64,000 bases of DNA from an uncultured bacterium (GCA_963829245.1 CAWHIM010000037.1:60427-124426), one strand, 5' to 3'. Positions 10,512 through 23,503 are shown, counted from the first letter of the stretch. Numbers and translations: made by a program. Notes: generated by a model not told the origin, from the sequence alone.

Positions 10512-11701
10512 CGGATTTCCTTCCCGAGGTCCGGGTCAGCCGGAAAGGGGAGGAACGGCTGCGCTCCGGCCACGCGTGGGTGTTCGGGGACGACCTGCGC
10601 GAGGTGCCGCCGGGCCTCTCGCCGGGGCAGTGGACCTGGGTGCGCTCCCGGTCGGGGGAACCTCTCGGGACGGCGACGATCAACCTCGGGTCCCGGATCG
10701 CCCTTCGACGGGTGTCCCGTGCCGATGTCCTGCCGACGGAGGCGTTCCTCGGGGACCGGTTGCGCGAGGCGTCCGAGCGGCGCGCCGAGGCGGGGATGGG
10801 CGGGGAACGCGCCCTGCGGGTCCTCTATTCCGAGGGGGATTTCCTCCCGGGGATGATCGCGGACCGGTACGGCGATGTCCTCTCGGTGCAGATCCTGACG
10901 GCGGGAATGGAGATCGTCCGGGATCTTCTCCTCGACGTCCTCGAGCGTCACTTCCGGCCGCGGCTGATCTACGAGCGGTCCGAAGGAGGGGGACGTCGCC
11001 ACGAAGGCCTGGCGGAGCGGAAGGGGCCGGTCCGCGGGGACGGGTCGACCCGGGAGGAGATCGAGACGGACGGGGTCCGGTTTTCCGTGGACGTGGAGAC
11101 GGGACCGAAGACGGGCTTCTTTCTGGACCAGCGAAGGAATCGCGGCATCGTCCGCGACCTGGCGAAAGGGAAGGCGGTGCTCGACGGCTTCTGCGCCGGG
11201 GGAGGTTTCGGCCTGTACGCCCTCGCCGGGGGTGCGAAGAGCGTTCTGGCGATCGACTCCTCGCGTGCGGCCGTCGAGACCGCGCGGGCGAACGCCTCGT
11301 TGAACGGCGTATCCGGGCAGTGGGAGGGGGAGGCGGAGGACCTCTTCCAGGCGCTTCGGAACTTGAGGGACGTCGGCCGGCGGTTCGATCTGGTGATCCT
11401 CGACCCGCCGTCGTTCGCCAAGGCCCGGGAGGGGAGGGAAGGGGCGCTGCGTGGATACAGGGATATCAACCGGATGGGGCTTTCGGTCCTCTCTCCCGGG
11501 GGTGTTCTCGCCACCTCGTCCTGCACGCAGTTGATCGACGGGACGCAATGGGTCGAGGCTCTCCGGGACGCGGCGGCCGACGCCGGCGCCGACCTCGAGA
11601 GGATCGCGTGGGGAGGGCAGCCGCCCGATCACCCGGTGCTCCTGTCCGTTCCGGAGACCGACTACCTGAAATTCGCCGTCTACAGGAAACGACTGCCATG
11701 A
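10508..11701 (+). CDS. rlmI: RlmI-like SAM-dependent rRNA methyltransferase
   Basis: PUA-like N-terminus GHAWVF, KTGFFLDQR, ILDPPSF, PDHP..PETDYLK. Confidence 0.85.
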   Translation: MTDFLPEVRVSRKGEERLRSGHAWVFGDDLREVPPGLSPGQWTWVRSRSGEPLGTATINLGSRIALRRVSRADVLPTEAFLGDRLREASERRAEAGMGGERALRVLYSEGDFLPGMIADRYGDVLSVQILTAGMEIVRDLLLDVLERHFRPRLIYERSEGGGRRHEGLAERKGPVRGDGSTREEIETDGVRFSVDVETGPKTGFFLDQRRNRGIVRDLAKGKAVLDGFCAGGGFGLYALAGGAKSVLAIDSSRAAVETARANASLNGVSGQWEGEAEDLFQALRNLRDVGRRFDLVILDPPSFAKAREGREGALRGYRDINRMGLSVLSPGGVLATSSCTQLIDGTQWVEALRDAAADAGADLERIAWGGQPPDHPVLLSVPETDYLKFAVYRKRLP

Positions 11702-13008
11702 CCTTCTCCGTTCGCCGCGGTCTGATCGCTGCCATCCTGCTTCTCTTCCTTGTTCCGGGGGTCGGCCTTCCCGCCGCTCCGGCGGCGAAAGAGGTGCTGG
11801 TGGCCACCATCGCCGCCCCGATCGGCCCCGTAACGGCGGACTACCTCTCCGCGGTCATCGCCCGGGCGGAGGAAGAGAACGCGGCGCTCCTCGTGGTCGA
11901 GCTGGATACGCCGGGCGGGCTCGATTCCGCAATGCGGGAGATGGTGCAGGCGATTCTCAAGAGCCGGGTCCCCGTCGCGGTGTACGTCTCCCCGCAGGGG
12001 GCGCGGGCGGCGTCCGCCGGGGTGATGATCACGCTGGCGGCCGACGTGGCCGCCATGGCCCCCGGGACCAACATCGGCGCGGCCCACCCGGTAAACATGG
12101 GGGGCGGCGCGATGGACAACACGATGTCGCGGAAGGTGGAAAACGACGCTGCGGCCTACGCGCGCTCGCTGGCCGCAGGCAAGGGGAGAAATGCCGATTG
12201 GGCGGAGAGCGCCGTGCGGGAGAGCGCCTCGCTCTCGGCAAAAGACGCCCTCGACAGGAACGTCGTCGACCTGGTCGCGGCGTCCCTTCCCGACCTGCTC
12301 GCCCGGATCGACGGGAAGGTGATCCGGAAGGGCGACGGGACGGTGACCCTCCGGACGAAGGGCGCGCAGGTCATCCGCGTGCCCATGGGCCTTCGCCATC
12401 GTGTCCTGTCCGCTCTCGCGAACCCCAACATCGCCTATATCCTGATGATGATCGGGATCTACGGGATCTACTTCGAGCTGGCCTCCCCCGGCGCGGTGTT
12501 CCCGGGAGTGGTGGGAGGGATCTCGCTTCTGCTGGCCTTTTACGCCTTGCAGACCCTCTCTGCGAATTTCGCCGGCTTTTTGTTGGTCCTCCTCTCCCTC
12601 CTCCTCTTCATCCTCGAGCTGAAGGTCCAGTCGCACGGGGCGTTGGCCATCGGCGGGATCGTCGCGATGACCCTGGGGAGCCTGATGCTCTTCCGGGAGA
12701 GCGCCGATCCGTACCTGCGTGTCTCCTGGACAGTGCTGGCCACCATGGTAACGTTGTCGGCGGTCTTCTTCGCCGCGGTCATCTCGCTCGCCGTGCGCAG
12801 CCAGCTCCGCAAGCCGTCCACCGGTTCGGAGGGGATGATCGGAGAGATCGGGGAGGCCCTCACGGACATCGACCGGAAGGGGAAAGTGCGCGTCTTCGGA
12901 GAGCAGTGGGACGCGCGATGCGACCGGCCCGTCCGCAAGGGGGACCCGGTGATCGTGAAGGGCCGCGACGGGATGACGCTCATCGTGGAACCAAAGGAAG
13001 ACCGCTGA
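11698..13008 (+). CDS. nfeD: NfeD-family membrane-bound serine protease
   Basis: LDTPGG, RAASAG, GTNIGAAHPV, TM region and C-terminal OB fold. Confidence 0.92.
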   Translation: MTFSVRRGLIAAILLLFLVPGVGLPAAPAAKEVLVATIAAPIGPVTADYLSAVIARAEEENAALLVVELDTPGGLDSAMREMVQAILKSRVPVAVYVSPQGARAASAGVMITLAADVAAMAPGTNIGAAHPVNMGGGAMDNTMSRKVENDAAAYARSLAAGKGRNADWAESAVRESASLSAKDALDRNVVDLVAASLPDLLARIDGKVIRKGDGTVTLRTKGAQVIRVPMGLRHRVLSALANPNIAYILMMIGIYGIYFELASPGAVFPGVVGGISLLLAFYALQTLSANFAGFLLVLLSLLLFILELKVQSHGALAIGGIVAMTLGSLMLFRESADPYLRVSWTVLATMVTLSAVFFAAVISLAVRSQLRKPSTGSEGMIGEIGEALTDIDRKGKVRVFGEQWDARCDRPVRKGDPVIVKGRDGMTLIVEPKEDR

Positions 13009-13048
13009 CCCCGGGAACGGAACGGAGCGGCACAAGGAGGATTGAAAA

Positions 13049-13837
13049 ATGGTGATGTACGCAGCGGCAGTGGTGCTCGTCGTGCTTTTCCTTTCCAGCG
13101 CCGTCAAGATCCTGAACGAGTACGAACGGGGGGTCGTGTTCCGCCTCGGGCGCGTCATCGGCTCGAAGGGCCCCGGCCTCATCCTGCTCATCCCCGCCGT
13201 CGACAAGATGGTCCGGGTGGACCTCCGCGTCGTGGCGATGGACGTCCCCGCGCAGGACGTCATCACGCGGGACAACGTCACCATCAAGGTGAGCGCGGTC
13301 CTCTATTTCCGCGTCATCGATCCGAACCGGGCGATCGTCGGCGTGGAAAACTACCTCTACGCGACGTCCCAGCTTTCCCAGACGACCTTGCGGTCGGTCT
13401 GCGGCCAGGCCGAGCTCGACGAGCTCCTCGCGTCCCGGGAGAAGATCAACACGCACCTCCAGGAGATCCTCGACAAGGACACGGAGCCGTGGGGCGTCAA
13501 GGTCGCGAAGGTGGAGATCAAGAACATCGACCTGCCCCAGGAGATGCAGAGGGCGATCGCCAAGCAGGCCGAGGCCGAGCGGGAGCGGCGGGCCAAGGTC
13601 ATCGGCGCCGAGGGGGAGTTCCAGGCGGCCCAGAAACTTTCCGACGCGGCGAAGATCATCAGCGAAAACCCGATCGCCCTGCAGCTGCGCTACCTCCAGA
13701 CGCTGCGGGAAGTGGCGGCCGAGAACAACTCGACGACCATCTTCCCCGTGCCGATCGACCTGCTCACCCCGTTCATGCAGATGGCGAAAATGGTGACCCC
13801 GGCGCCCCCGGGCGGAACGACGCCTCCCGCGGGGTAA
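13049..13837 (+). CDS. SPFH/stomatin-like (slipin) protein
   Basis: [43 protein letters not shown]. Confidence 0.93.
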   Translation: MVMYAAAVVLVVLFLSSAVKILNEYERGVVFRLGRVIGSKGPGLILLIPAVDKMVRVDLRVVAMDVPAQDVITRDNVTIKVSAVLYFRVIDPNRAIVGVENYLYATSQLSQTTLRSVCGQAELDELLASREKINTHLQEILDKDTEPWGVKVAKVEIKNIDLPQEMQRAIAKQAEAERERRAKVIGAEGEFQAAQKLSDAAKIISENPIALQLRYLQTLREVAAENNSTTIFPVPIDLLTPFMQMAKMVTPAPPGGTTPPAG

Positions 13838-13840
13838 GAG

Positions 13841-15110
13841 ATGCAGGCGCTATCAAGGGGCATGCCAGCTTGGAGCGCGGCCGCCGCCGCGCTCCTCGCC
13901 GCGGGGGTACTCGCGTTCTCCGGCTGCGCGGGGGCGCCTCCGCGGGAGCCTGCGCACCGTGTGGCTCCTCCCGAGTCGCGGTCTTCCACCGCCCCGGCGC
14001 CGACGCGGCCGGGGATCACCACCCGTCCCGGTGCCGTCGTCCCTTCTCCCTTCGCGGCGACCGGGCCCCGGTTCATTCGTGTGCTCCTCTCGGGAGGGGC
14101 GTCGGGTGTCGTCCTCGAAGGAGAGACGATCCGGGCGTGGGGCGTCGACGGGAGGCTGGCCGCCGAAGCGGCGGGGCGCGTCACCCTGGCCGCGGTCGGG
14201 GAGAGGATCCGATGGAACGGATCGAGGCTCCTCGGAGACAACCTCGACGTGGCGGGGGCACCGAACCTGCGCGTCGGGAACCGGAAAGTGTCCGGCCGGG
14301 TCCGCCTCCTCGCGCGGAAAGGGGAGCTGCTCGCCGTGGCTGTGGTGCCGTTGGAGGAGTACGTCGCCGCCGTGGTCAGCCGGGAGGGCGCGGCGCGGTT
14401 CCACCCGGAGGCGCTCGCGGCGCTGGCGGTGGCCGTGAGGACATACGCCGCCGGGGCGGCCGCGAAGCCGCGCGACCCCGCCTATGACGTCGGCGGAAGC
14501 GTGGAAGACCAGGTGTTCGACGGAATGGACGGGGTCGCCGCGGTCTTCCGGGAGGCGGCGGACCGGACGCGGGGGATGTTGGTGCGGTACAGGGGCGAGC
14601 TCGCGCTGACGGTGTACCATTCCACGTGCGGGGGGCGGACCGAAGACGCCGTATCCGTCTGGGGGAAGGAGATCCCGTACTTGCGATCGCAGGTCTGCGA
14701 CGATTGCGCCGACAGCCCGGTCTACCGGTGGGAGTACCGGATGTCCGAGGCGGAGGGGCGCCGCGTGGTGAAAGCGCTCGGTGTCCCGCCCGGTAAGGCG
14801 CTACGGATCGCCGTGACGCGCCGCACGCCGACGGGACGGGCGAGCCGTGTCCTGATCTCCTCCGACGGCGTCTCCCGGGAACTGCAGGCCGCGGAGTTCC
14901 GGAAGGCGGCAGGGTACGCCAGAGTCCGCAGCCTGAAGATGGAGATCGTCCCCGTCGCCGGGGAATGGCGGATTCACGGGGGAAGGGTGGGGACATGGGG
15001 TGGGGTTGTGCGAGTTCGGGGCGAACGGGATGGCCCGGCGCGGCGCGGGATTTCGCGAGATCCTCGCCCGCTACTACCCCGGGACCGAAATCACCGGAGA
15101 GACGCCCTGA
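13841..15110 (+). CDS. SpoIID/LytB-domain lipoprotein (frameshift ~14972)
   Basis: Lipobox AFSGC, LEEYV..VV.RE, YHSTCGGRT, then G.GWGHGVGLC..GA..MA..IL..YYPG in the shifted frame. Confidence 0.85.
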
Positions 15111-16166
15111 GGACCGATCTGCTGGAGTACGACCTGCCGGAGCGACTCGTCGCGCAGCATCCTGCTCCCCGCCGGCGCGACGCCCGCCTGATGACCCTCT
15201 CCCGCGCGACCGGGGAGATCGGCCACCGCGTATTTTCGGAATTGCCGTTCCTTCTTCGCCGCGGGGACCTGCTGGTCGTCAACGATACGAAGGTCCTTCA
15301 CGGGCGGATTCGCGCGTCGCGCGTGACGGGCGGGGCCGTCGAGGTCTTCCTCCTCTCGCCCCTGCCGGAGGCCGGAGCCGCGGGGGAGGAACGCTGGGAG
15401 GCGCTCGCCCGCCCTTCGAAGCGGCTGAAGGAGGGGGAGGAGTTCGAGGTCGGAGGGACCCTTCGGGTTCGCCTCGCGCGCAGGCTGGGACGAGGGGCGC
15501 TGGGAGGTGCTCCTGTCAGGGGGGAGCATCCCCGTCGCGAAGGCGCTGGAGCGGGCTGGGGAGGTGCCGCTGCCGCCGTACATCCGGCGCCGCCCCGACG
15601 ATCCCTCGGCGAAGGAGGACGCGGTCCGGTATCAGACGGTGTACGCGAGGAACCCCGGTTCGGTGGCGGCGCCGACCGCGGGGCTCCATTTCGACGAGGA
15701 TCTGCTGGGGGAGCTCGCGACGGCGGGAGTCGGCGTCGCGCGGTTGACCCTTTCGGTCGGGTACGGCACTTTTTCCCCGATCCGCACGGAGGAGGTCGAG
15801 GCGTACGCGATCCACCCGGAACGGTACCGGTTGCCGCCGGAGACGGCGGCTGAAATCAACGCGGCGCGCGGTCGCGGCGGGCGCGTGGTGGCGGTGGGAA
15901 CCACCAGCGTGCGGACGCTGGAGACGTGCGCGGCGGAGGACGGAACGTTGGAGCCGTCGGGGGGGATGACGCGGAAATTCATCTTCCCCGGCTACCGGTT
16001 CCGGGCGGTCGACGCCCTCGTGACGAACTTCCACCTTCCGCGATCAAGCCTCCTTGCCCTGGTGATGGCGTTCGCCGGCGTCGACGCGGTGCGGGCGGCG
16101 TACCGGGAAGCGGTGGCGCGGGAATACCGCTTCTACAGCTACGGCGACGCGATGTTCATTTCTTGA
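15107..16166 (+). CDS. queA: S-adenosylmethionine:tRNA ribosyltransferase-isomerase (frameshift ~15490)
   Basis: [57 protein letters not shown]; start appears to be CTG. Confidence 0.93.
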
Positions 16167-16176
16167 GGAGGGCCCT

Positions 16177-17294
<1,118 letters not shown>

Positions 17295-17309
17295 AGGAGG
17301 CGAAACCCT

Positions 17310-17660
17310 ATGTTCATGACCGGCGTGGCGTACGCGTTGGGAGGATCCCCGGGCGGCGGGGCCGGAGGGAGCAGCGGCCTGATGGGGCTTCTCCCGATCC
17401 TGCTCATGTTCGTTATCTTCTACTTCCTGCTGATCCGTCCGCAGCAGAAACAGGCGAGCAAGCAACGCGATTTCATCAAGAACCTCAAGGTGGGCGACCG
17501 GGTGGTGGCCGCGGGGGGGCTTCACGGCGAGGTGAAGGGATTGACCGAGACGACCATCACGCTTGAGATCGCCGACAAGGTGCGCGTGAAGGTCACCCGC
17601 AGCGCCGTTTCCGGCTCGAGCCAGGACGCGGCTCTCCCCGACGTGCAGAAGCCCGCCTGA
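17310..17660 (+). CDS. yajC: Preprotein translocase subunit YajC
   Basis: FYFLLIRPQQK, GD.VV..GG..G; synteny with tgt and secD. Confidence 0.95.
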   Translation: MFMTGVAYALGGSPGGGAGGSSGLMGLLPILLMFVIFYFLLIRPQQKQASKQRDFIKNLKVGDRVVAAGGLHGEVKGLTETTITLEIADKVRVKVTRSAVSGSSQDAALPDVQKPA

Positions 17661-17690
17661 CAAGGATACGGAAAGGAGCACCAGCGGATC

Positions 17691-19286
17691 ATGTTCAAGA
17701 GCATCACCGGTAGGATCACGCTGATCGCCGTGCTGACGGCGGTCGCCATCATCGTACTCTTGCCCTCGCTGACCGACCGGCTCCCCGCGGCGTGGAAGGA
17801 CAGGATGCCGAAGATCAACCTCGGGCTCGACCTCCAGGGGGGCGTATTCCTGCGCCTGGCCGTCGATATCGACAAGGCGATCGAGAACACCTCCATGCGC
17901 TACGCGGACGATGTACGCGCCGTCTGCCGCGAGAAGGGGCTGCCGGTCCTCGCCATTCAGCAGATCGGCGACGGCGGGTTCTCGCTCCGGTTTCCCCCGG
18001 GCGACTTCGCCACCCGTGCGCAGGCCATCCTCAAGGACGAGTTTCCCTCCCTCGACGTGAGCCTGGGTTCCGTGAACGCCGACGGGGCGACCGTCATCGC
18101 GCGGATGAAGCCCGCGGAGATCCAGGCGATCCGGACGAACGCGGTGGTCCAGGGGGTGGAGACGATCCGGAACCGGATCGACCAGTTCGGTGTCCGGGAA
18201 CCGCAGATCGTCGCGGAGGGGGACGACCGGATCGTGGTGCAGCTTCCGGGCGTAAAGGACCAGCAGCGGGCGATCGAGCTCGTCGGCAAGACGGCCCTCC
18301 TCGAGTTCAAGCTGGTCGACGAGGGCGCGAGCGTGGAAGAGGCCCTCAAGGGGAACCTCCCCGAGGATGACCAACTTCTCTATCAGAAGTCGACCGACCC
18401 GCAGAGCGGCCGGGTGACGAAGACCCCGATCGTCGTGAAGAAGCGGGCTGTGCTCACCGGCGACACGATCAAGACGGCGAAGGTGAACTTCAGCAACCAG
18501 GGAGGGGGCGCGCACGTCTCCATCTCCTTCGACACCCGGGGCGCGAAGGTCTTCGACCGGGTGACCGCCGAGAACGTGAAGCGCCGCCTTGCGATCGTCC
18601 TCGACGACACGGTCTACTCCGCGCCCGTCATCCAGGAGCGGATCTCGGGAGGCGAGGCGCAGATCACAGGGAGCTTCACCCCGGAGGAGGCGTCCGACCT
18701 CGCGATCGTCCTGCGGGCCGGCTCGTTGCCTGCGCCGGTCAAGGTGATCCAGAACGTCTCCATCGGACCTTCCCTCGGTCTCGACTCGATCCAAAAGGGA
18801 GTGCGGGCGGCGCTGATCGGCGCCGTTCTCGTCGTCTTGTTCATGGCGTTCTACTACCGGTTCGCCGGGTTGGTGGCGGACTTCGCCCTCGTCTTCAACA
18901 TCCTCTTCCTCCTTGCGGGGATGGCCGCCTTCTCGGCGACCCTCACCCTGCCGGGCATCGCGGGGATCATCCTGGCGATCGGCATGGCGGTCGACTCGAA
19001 CGTCCTGATCTTCGAGCGCATCCGCGAGGAGATCCGTGCGAAGAAGTCCGTTCGTGCGGCGATCGACGCCGGGTACGAAAAGGCATTCTGGACGGTGGTC
19101 GATTCCCACGTGACGACGCTGATCACGGCGGTGATCCTCTTCCAGTTCGGCACCGGGCCGATCAAGGGGTTCGCCGTGACGCTCTCCATGGGCGTGGCGA
19201 TCAACCTCTTCACCGCGCTCGTGTGCACCAAGGTCGTGTTCGACTATCTCAACGCCAAAAAGCCGATGCAGGCGCTGAGCATTTAA
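17691..19286 (+). CDS. secD: Protein translocase subunit SecD
   Basis: LGLDLQGG, RIDQFGVREP, LRAGSLPAP, GMAVDSNVLIFERIREE. Confidence 0.96.
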   Translation: MFKSITGRITLIAVLTAVAIIVLLPSLTDRLPAAWKDRMPKINLGLDLQGGVFLRLAVDIDKAIENTSMRYADDVRAVCREKGLPVLAIQQIGDGGFSLRFPPGDFATRAQAILKDEFPSLDVSLGSVNADGATVIARMKPAEIQAIRTNAVVQGVETIRNRIDQFGVREPQIVAEGDDRIVVQLPGVKDQQRAIELVGKTALLEFKLVDEGASVEEALKGNLPEDDQLLYQKSTDPQSGRVTKTPIVVKKRAVLTGDTIKTAKVNFSNQGGGAHVSISFDTRGAKVFDRVTAENVKRRLAIVLDDTVYSAPVIQERISGGEAQITGSFTPEEASDLAIVLRAGSLPAPVKVIQNVSIGPSLGLDSIQKGVRAALIGAVLVVLFMAFYYRFAGLVADFALVFNILFLLAGMAAFSATLTLPGIAGIILAIGMAVDSNVLIFERIREEIRAKKSVRAAIDAGYEKAFWTVVDSHVTTLITAVILFQFGTGPIKGFAVTLSMGVAINLFTALVCTKVVFDYLNAKKPMQALSI

Positions 19287-19310
19287 CCGAAACGGGGACG
19301 GAAGACGAAG

Positions 19311-20228
19311 ATGATCGAACTGGTGAAAAACACCAAGATCGACTTCATGGGTCTGAAGAAATACGCCTTTTCCTTCTCCGCGATTCTGGTGATCCTCGGG
19401 ATCGTGGGGACCGTGCAGATCTACCGCGGGAAGGCGAACCTCGGGATCGATCTCGCGGGCGGAACGGAGATCCAGATCAAGTTCCAGAAGCCCTTCGCGA
19501 TGGATCAGATCCGTGCGTTGCTGGCGAAGGCGGGGCATGGTGACGCGACCTTGCAGCAGGTTTCGGGAGAGAACATCCTCTTTCTCAAACTGCGCGCCCT
19601 CGGAAAGCAGGACGAAAAGATGGTCGCCGAGCCGGTGGTGAACCTCCTGCGGCAATCCTTCCCGGGCAACCCGTTCGTCGTCGAGAGCGTTTCGGAGATC
19701 GGGCCGGCCATCGGGCACAAGCTGCGCCAGGACGCCGAGCTGGCGATGCTGATTTCCGCGCTGGCGATCATCATCTACCTTGCCTGGCGGTTCGAGTTCA
19801 AGTTCGGCGTCGCGGCGGCGATCGCCACGTTCCACGACATCTTCTCGATCGTCGGGATCTTCTGGGTCCTCGGGATCGAGATGGACCTGCTTTTCATCAC
19901 CGCGCTGCTCACGATCGGCGGGTACTCGCTGACCGACACGGTCGTCGTCTTCGACCGGATCCGGGAGAATATCCGGCTCCGGAAGATGGGGACCTTCTCC
20001 GAGACGATCAACCTGAGCGTCAACGAGGTTCTCAGCCGGACCATCGTCACCTCGATGACCGTCTTCATCGCCGTCATTACGCTGCTGGTCTTCGGCGGGC
20101 TTGTTCTGCACAACTTCGCGCTGGCCCTCGCGATGGGGATCGTGGTCGGGACCTACTCCTCGATCTTCGTCGCCAGCCCGGTCGTCGCCCTCTGGCGCGG
20201 CGAGAAGATGACCGAAGTGAAGAGGTGA
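19311..20228 (+). CDS. secF: Protein translocase subunit SecF
   Basis: LGIDLAGG, HD, GYSLTDTVVVFDRIRE, GTYSSIF. Confidence 0.96.
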   Translation: MIELVKNTKIDFMGLKKYAFSFSAILVILGIVGTVQIYRGKANLGIDLAGGTEIQIKFQKPFAMDQIRALLAKAGHGDATLQQVSGENILFLKLRALGKQDEKMVAEPVVNLLRQSFPGNPFVVESVSEIGPAIGHKLRQDAELAMLISALAIIIYLAWRFEFKFGVAAAIATFHDIFSIVGIFWVLGIEMDLLFITALLTIGGYSLTDTVVVFDRIRENIRLRKMGTFSETINLSVNEVLSRTIVTSMTVFIAVITLLVFGGLVLHNFALALAMGIVVGTYSSIFVASPVVALWRGEKMTEVKR

Positions 20229-20241
20229 CCGGGGCGGAGGC

Positions 20242-22006
20242 TTGAAGGGGGCGGCGAAGCGGGAGTGGATCCTCCGCTCCCCCGATCCGGACGCCGTCCG
20301 GGAGCTTTCGACCCGGCATGGCCTGGCCCCCGCGGCATCGAAGGTGCTCGTCAATCGCGGGATCGTGGAACCGCGTGACGTCGACCGCTTCCTCGGCGGG
20401 ACACTCTCCGATCTCCCCGACCCTTCCCTTCTCAAGGATGCCGACAAGGCGGCGCGCCGCCTCGCGGCCGCCGGCTCGCGCGGGGAGCCGTTGCTCATCT
20501 ACGCCGACTACGACGCCGACGGCGCCACCGGCGCCGCCTGCCTCTACCTCTTCCTGAAGCGGATCTTCCCCGATCTCCCCGTACGGATCCAGCAGAACGA
20601 CCGCCGCAAGGACGGCTACGGCCTGCAGACGCACGTTCTCGCGCCCGCCGCCCGGGAAGGGTATCGCCTCGTCGTCACCGTCGACTGCGGGATCTCCGAT
20701 GTCGCGGCCGTGCGGGAGGCGGCCCGGGAGGGGGTCGAGGTGATCGTGACGGACCATCACCTCCCGGGCGAAACCGTTCCTGAGGCGTTCGCCATCGTGA
20801 ACCCGATGCAGCCCGGAATGCGCGTTCCCCGGGAAGGAGATGGCGGGGGTGGGGGTCGCCTTCCTGCTCGTGTGCGCCCTGCGCAAGGCGGTGCGGGAGA
20901 TCGCGGGATTCGGGCTCCTGCCGGAGCCGCCGCTGCGGCCGTACCTCGACCTGGTCGCCCTGGGCACGGTCGCCGACATGGCGGCCCTCCGGGGAGGGAA
21001 CCGGCTTCTCGTCCGGGAGGGGCTCCGGGAGATCCGCAAGTCGCCCCGTCCGGGGATCGAAGCGCTGTTCGAGGCGTCGGGCGTGCCGCATGCCGCGGCG
21101 ACGGAGATGGATCTCGGTTTCCGGGTCGGTCCGCGCCTGAACGCCGCAGGCCGGGTCGGAGACGCGACGCGCAGCTCCCGGATCCTCGTATCGGAATCCC
21201 GGGACGATGCCGTGCGCCTTGCCCGGGAACTGAACGAGGACAACGCGCTGCGGCAGAGGGAGGAGGAGCGGATCGTCGTCGCCGTGGAAGCCGCCCTCGC
21301 GGCGGCGGGGGAGATCCCCCCGGCGATCGTTCTGTCGGACCCCGCCTGGAACGCCGGGGTGCTCGGGATCGTCGCCTCGAAGGTCCTCGAGCGGTACGGC
21401 CGCCCGGTCGTGCTGCTTCAGGAGGAGGACGGTGCGGCCAAGGGGTCGTGCCGCAGCGTCGAGGGGTTCCACATCGTGTCGGCCCTGTCCCGCCTTTCCC
21501 ATCTGCTCACGCGGTACGGCGGACACGCGCAGGCGGCCGGCCTCGCCCTCTCCCTCGAGCACCTCCGCGCCTTCCGCGATGGTCTTGCGGGGATCGCCGA
21601 CCGGCACGCGCGGGAGACCCCCTTCGTCCGGCGCCGGTCGATCGACGCGGAACTTCGCGTCGCCGAGATCACCCCGGACCTTCTGTCCGATCTCGACCGC
21701 CTGCGCCCCTTCGGCGTCGGGAACGAGGAGCCGCTGTTCCTGCTGCCGAACGTTCGCGTCGCGGCGATCTCCCGCATCGGGGCGGGGGGACGCCACCTCC
21801 GGTTCGCGGTGGAAGAGGACGGGCGGCGCCTTTCCGGCGTGGCGTTCCGCCGGACGGAGATCCCCGTCTCCGCCTCGGGCCGATCGGACCTGCTCTTCGC
21901 CGTCCAGGAAAACGTCTACCGCGGCGCGCGTTCGCTGCAGCTTCTGCTGAGGGACGCGAGACCGGCCGGGGACACGGTATTGTGCGGGGGAACGCCGCCG
22001 GGGTAG
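20242..22006 (+). CDS. recJ: Single-stranded DNA exonuclease RecJ (frameshift ~20812)
   Basis: DYDADG, TVDCG, TDHH, LGTVAD, PRLNAAGR, GSCRS, GGHAQAAG, PFGVGN. Confidence 0.93.
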
Positions 22007-22058
22007 AATCTGGCGGGCGACGCGTCTCACCCCAACCGTTTCACAGGAGGTGCTCACC

Positions 22059-22950
22059 GTGATCCCATACTCCGTCACGTTCGGAGGGATATCCGGCAGG
22101 TACGCGTCGTGGAAGGCCGCGACCTTCGTCGTGATTCCGTTCCCGGTCGACATGACCACGACGTACATGTCGGGAACGCGGAACGGCCCACGCGCCATCC
22201 TCGACGCCTCCTCCCACATGGAACTGTTCGACGAGGAGAACAAGATCGAGCCGTACCGGGCCGGGATCTTCGTCTCGACGGAGGTCCCGGTCTCCCTGAC
22301 GGGGCCCGTCCCGGCCCTGAAGGAGGTCGAGCGGCGGGTGAAGGCCACGGTGCGGGCGGGCAAGATCCCGGTGCTGCTCGGCGGGGAGCATTCCGGAACG
22401 GTCGGGGCGGTGGCCGCGCTGCGGAAGACGGTACGGAGACTTGACCGTGCTGCAATTCGATGCCCACACGGACCTTCGGGACACGTATCTCGGGACGCCG
22501 CACAACCACGCGTGCGTCGGCCGGCGGATCGTCGACTCGGGGGCCCGTCTCGTCCAGGTCGGCATCCGGAGCATGTCGGAGGAGGAGGACCGCTTCCTGA
22601 AGAAGTCGGAGGAGGTGAAGACGTTCTACGCCTCCGAGGTCCGGGACAACGTGGCCGACGTCACGAAGGGGGTCGTCAGCTCCCTCTCGGAGAACGTCTA
22701 CATCTCGATCGACCTCGACGTGTTCGACCCGGGGATCATGCCCGCCGTCGTCACGCCCGAGCCAGGCGGACTCTCCTGGTTCGAGGGGATCGACATCCTG
22801 CGGGACGTGATGCGTTCGAACCGGAACATCGTCGGGTTCGACGTGATGGAGCTCGCCCCGATCGCGGGGATGGCGGCGCCGGACTACCTGGCCGCGCGCC
22901 TTTGCTACCGCCTGATGGGCTGGCTCGTCGCGCGCCAGTCCGAGAAGTAA
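22059..22950 (+). CDS. speB: Agmatinase (frameshift ~22427)
   Basis: [32 protein letters not shown]; AGGAGG RBS before GTG 22059. Confidence 0.88.
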
Positions 22951-22963
22951 GGAGAACCCGCGC

Positions 22964-23503
22964 ATGTCCGTTCCAACGAAGATCTTCTTTACCAAGGGGG
23001 TCGGCCGCCACCGCGAGCAGCTTACCTCGTTCGAGCTCGCGCTGCGGGACGCCGGGATCCAGATGTTCAACCTCGTCCAGGTGTCGAGCATCTTTCCGCC
23101 GAAGTGCAAGATCGTGAAGAAGGAGGAAGGACTCAAGCTCCTCGCCCCCGGTGAGATCGTCTTCGTGGTCATGAGCCGGTGCTGCAGCGACGAACCGCGG
23201 CGGCTGGTCGCCGCTTCCGTCGGGTGCGCGCTCCCCTCGGACCGGTCGGTGTACGGATACCTGAGCGAGCACCACGCCTTCGGGCAGACCGAGAAGGTGG
23301 CGGGGGACTACGCGGAGGACCTGGCGGCGGCGATGCTCGCGTCGACGCTCGGCGTGGAGTTCGACGAGGACAAGAGCTGGGACGAGAAGCGGGAGGTGTG
23401 GAAGATCAGCGGGAAGATCTACCGCTCCTTCAACATCACGCAGTCGGCCATCGTCAAGGACGAGTACACCACGGTCATGGCCGCGGCCGTGCTGGTCTTG
23501 TGA
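22964..23503 (+). CDS. pdaD: Pyruvoyl-dependent arginine decarboxylase
   Basis: [25 protein letters not shown] (Ser-Ser cleavage site), GYLSEHH. Confidence 0.9.
   Translation: MSVPTKIFFTKGVGRHREQLTSFELALRDAGIQMFNLVQVSSIFPPKCKIVKKEEGLKLLAPGEIVFVVMSRCCSDEPRRLVAASVGCALPSDRSVYGYLSEHHAFGQTEKVAGDYAEDLAAAMLASTLGVEFDEDKSWDEKREVWKISGKIYRSFNITQSAIVKDEYTTVMAAAVLVL

Noticed and set aside
13841-15853. Apparent SpoIID-QueA fusion
   Set aside because: Produced by a one-base insertion near 14972; the SpoIID C-terminal motifs and TGA 15110 are in the shifted frame.
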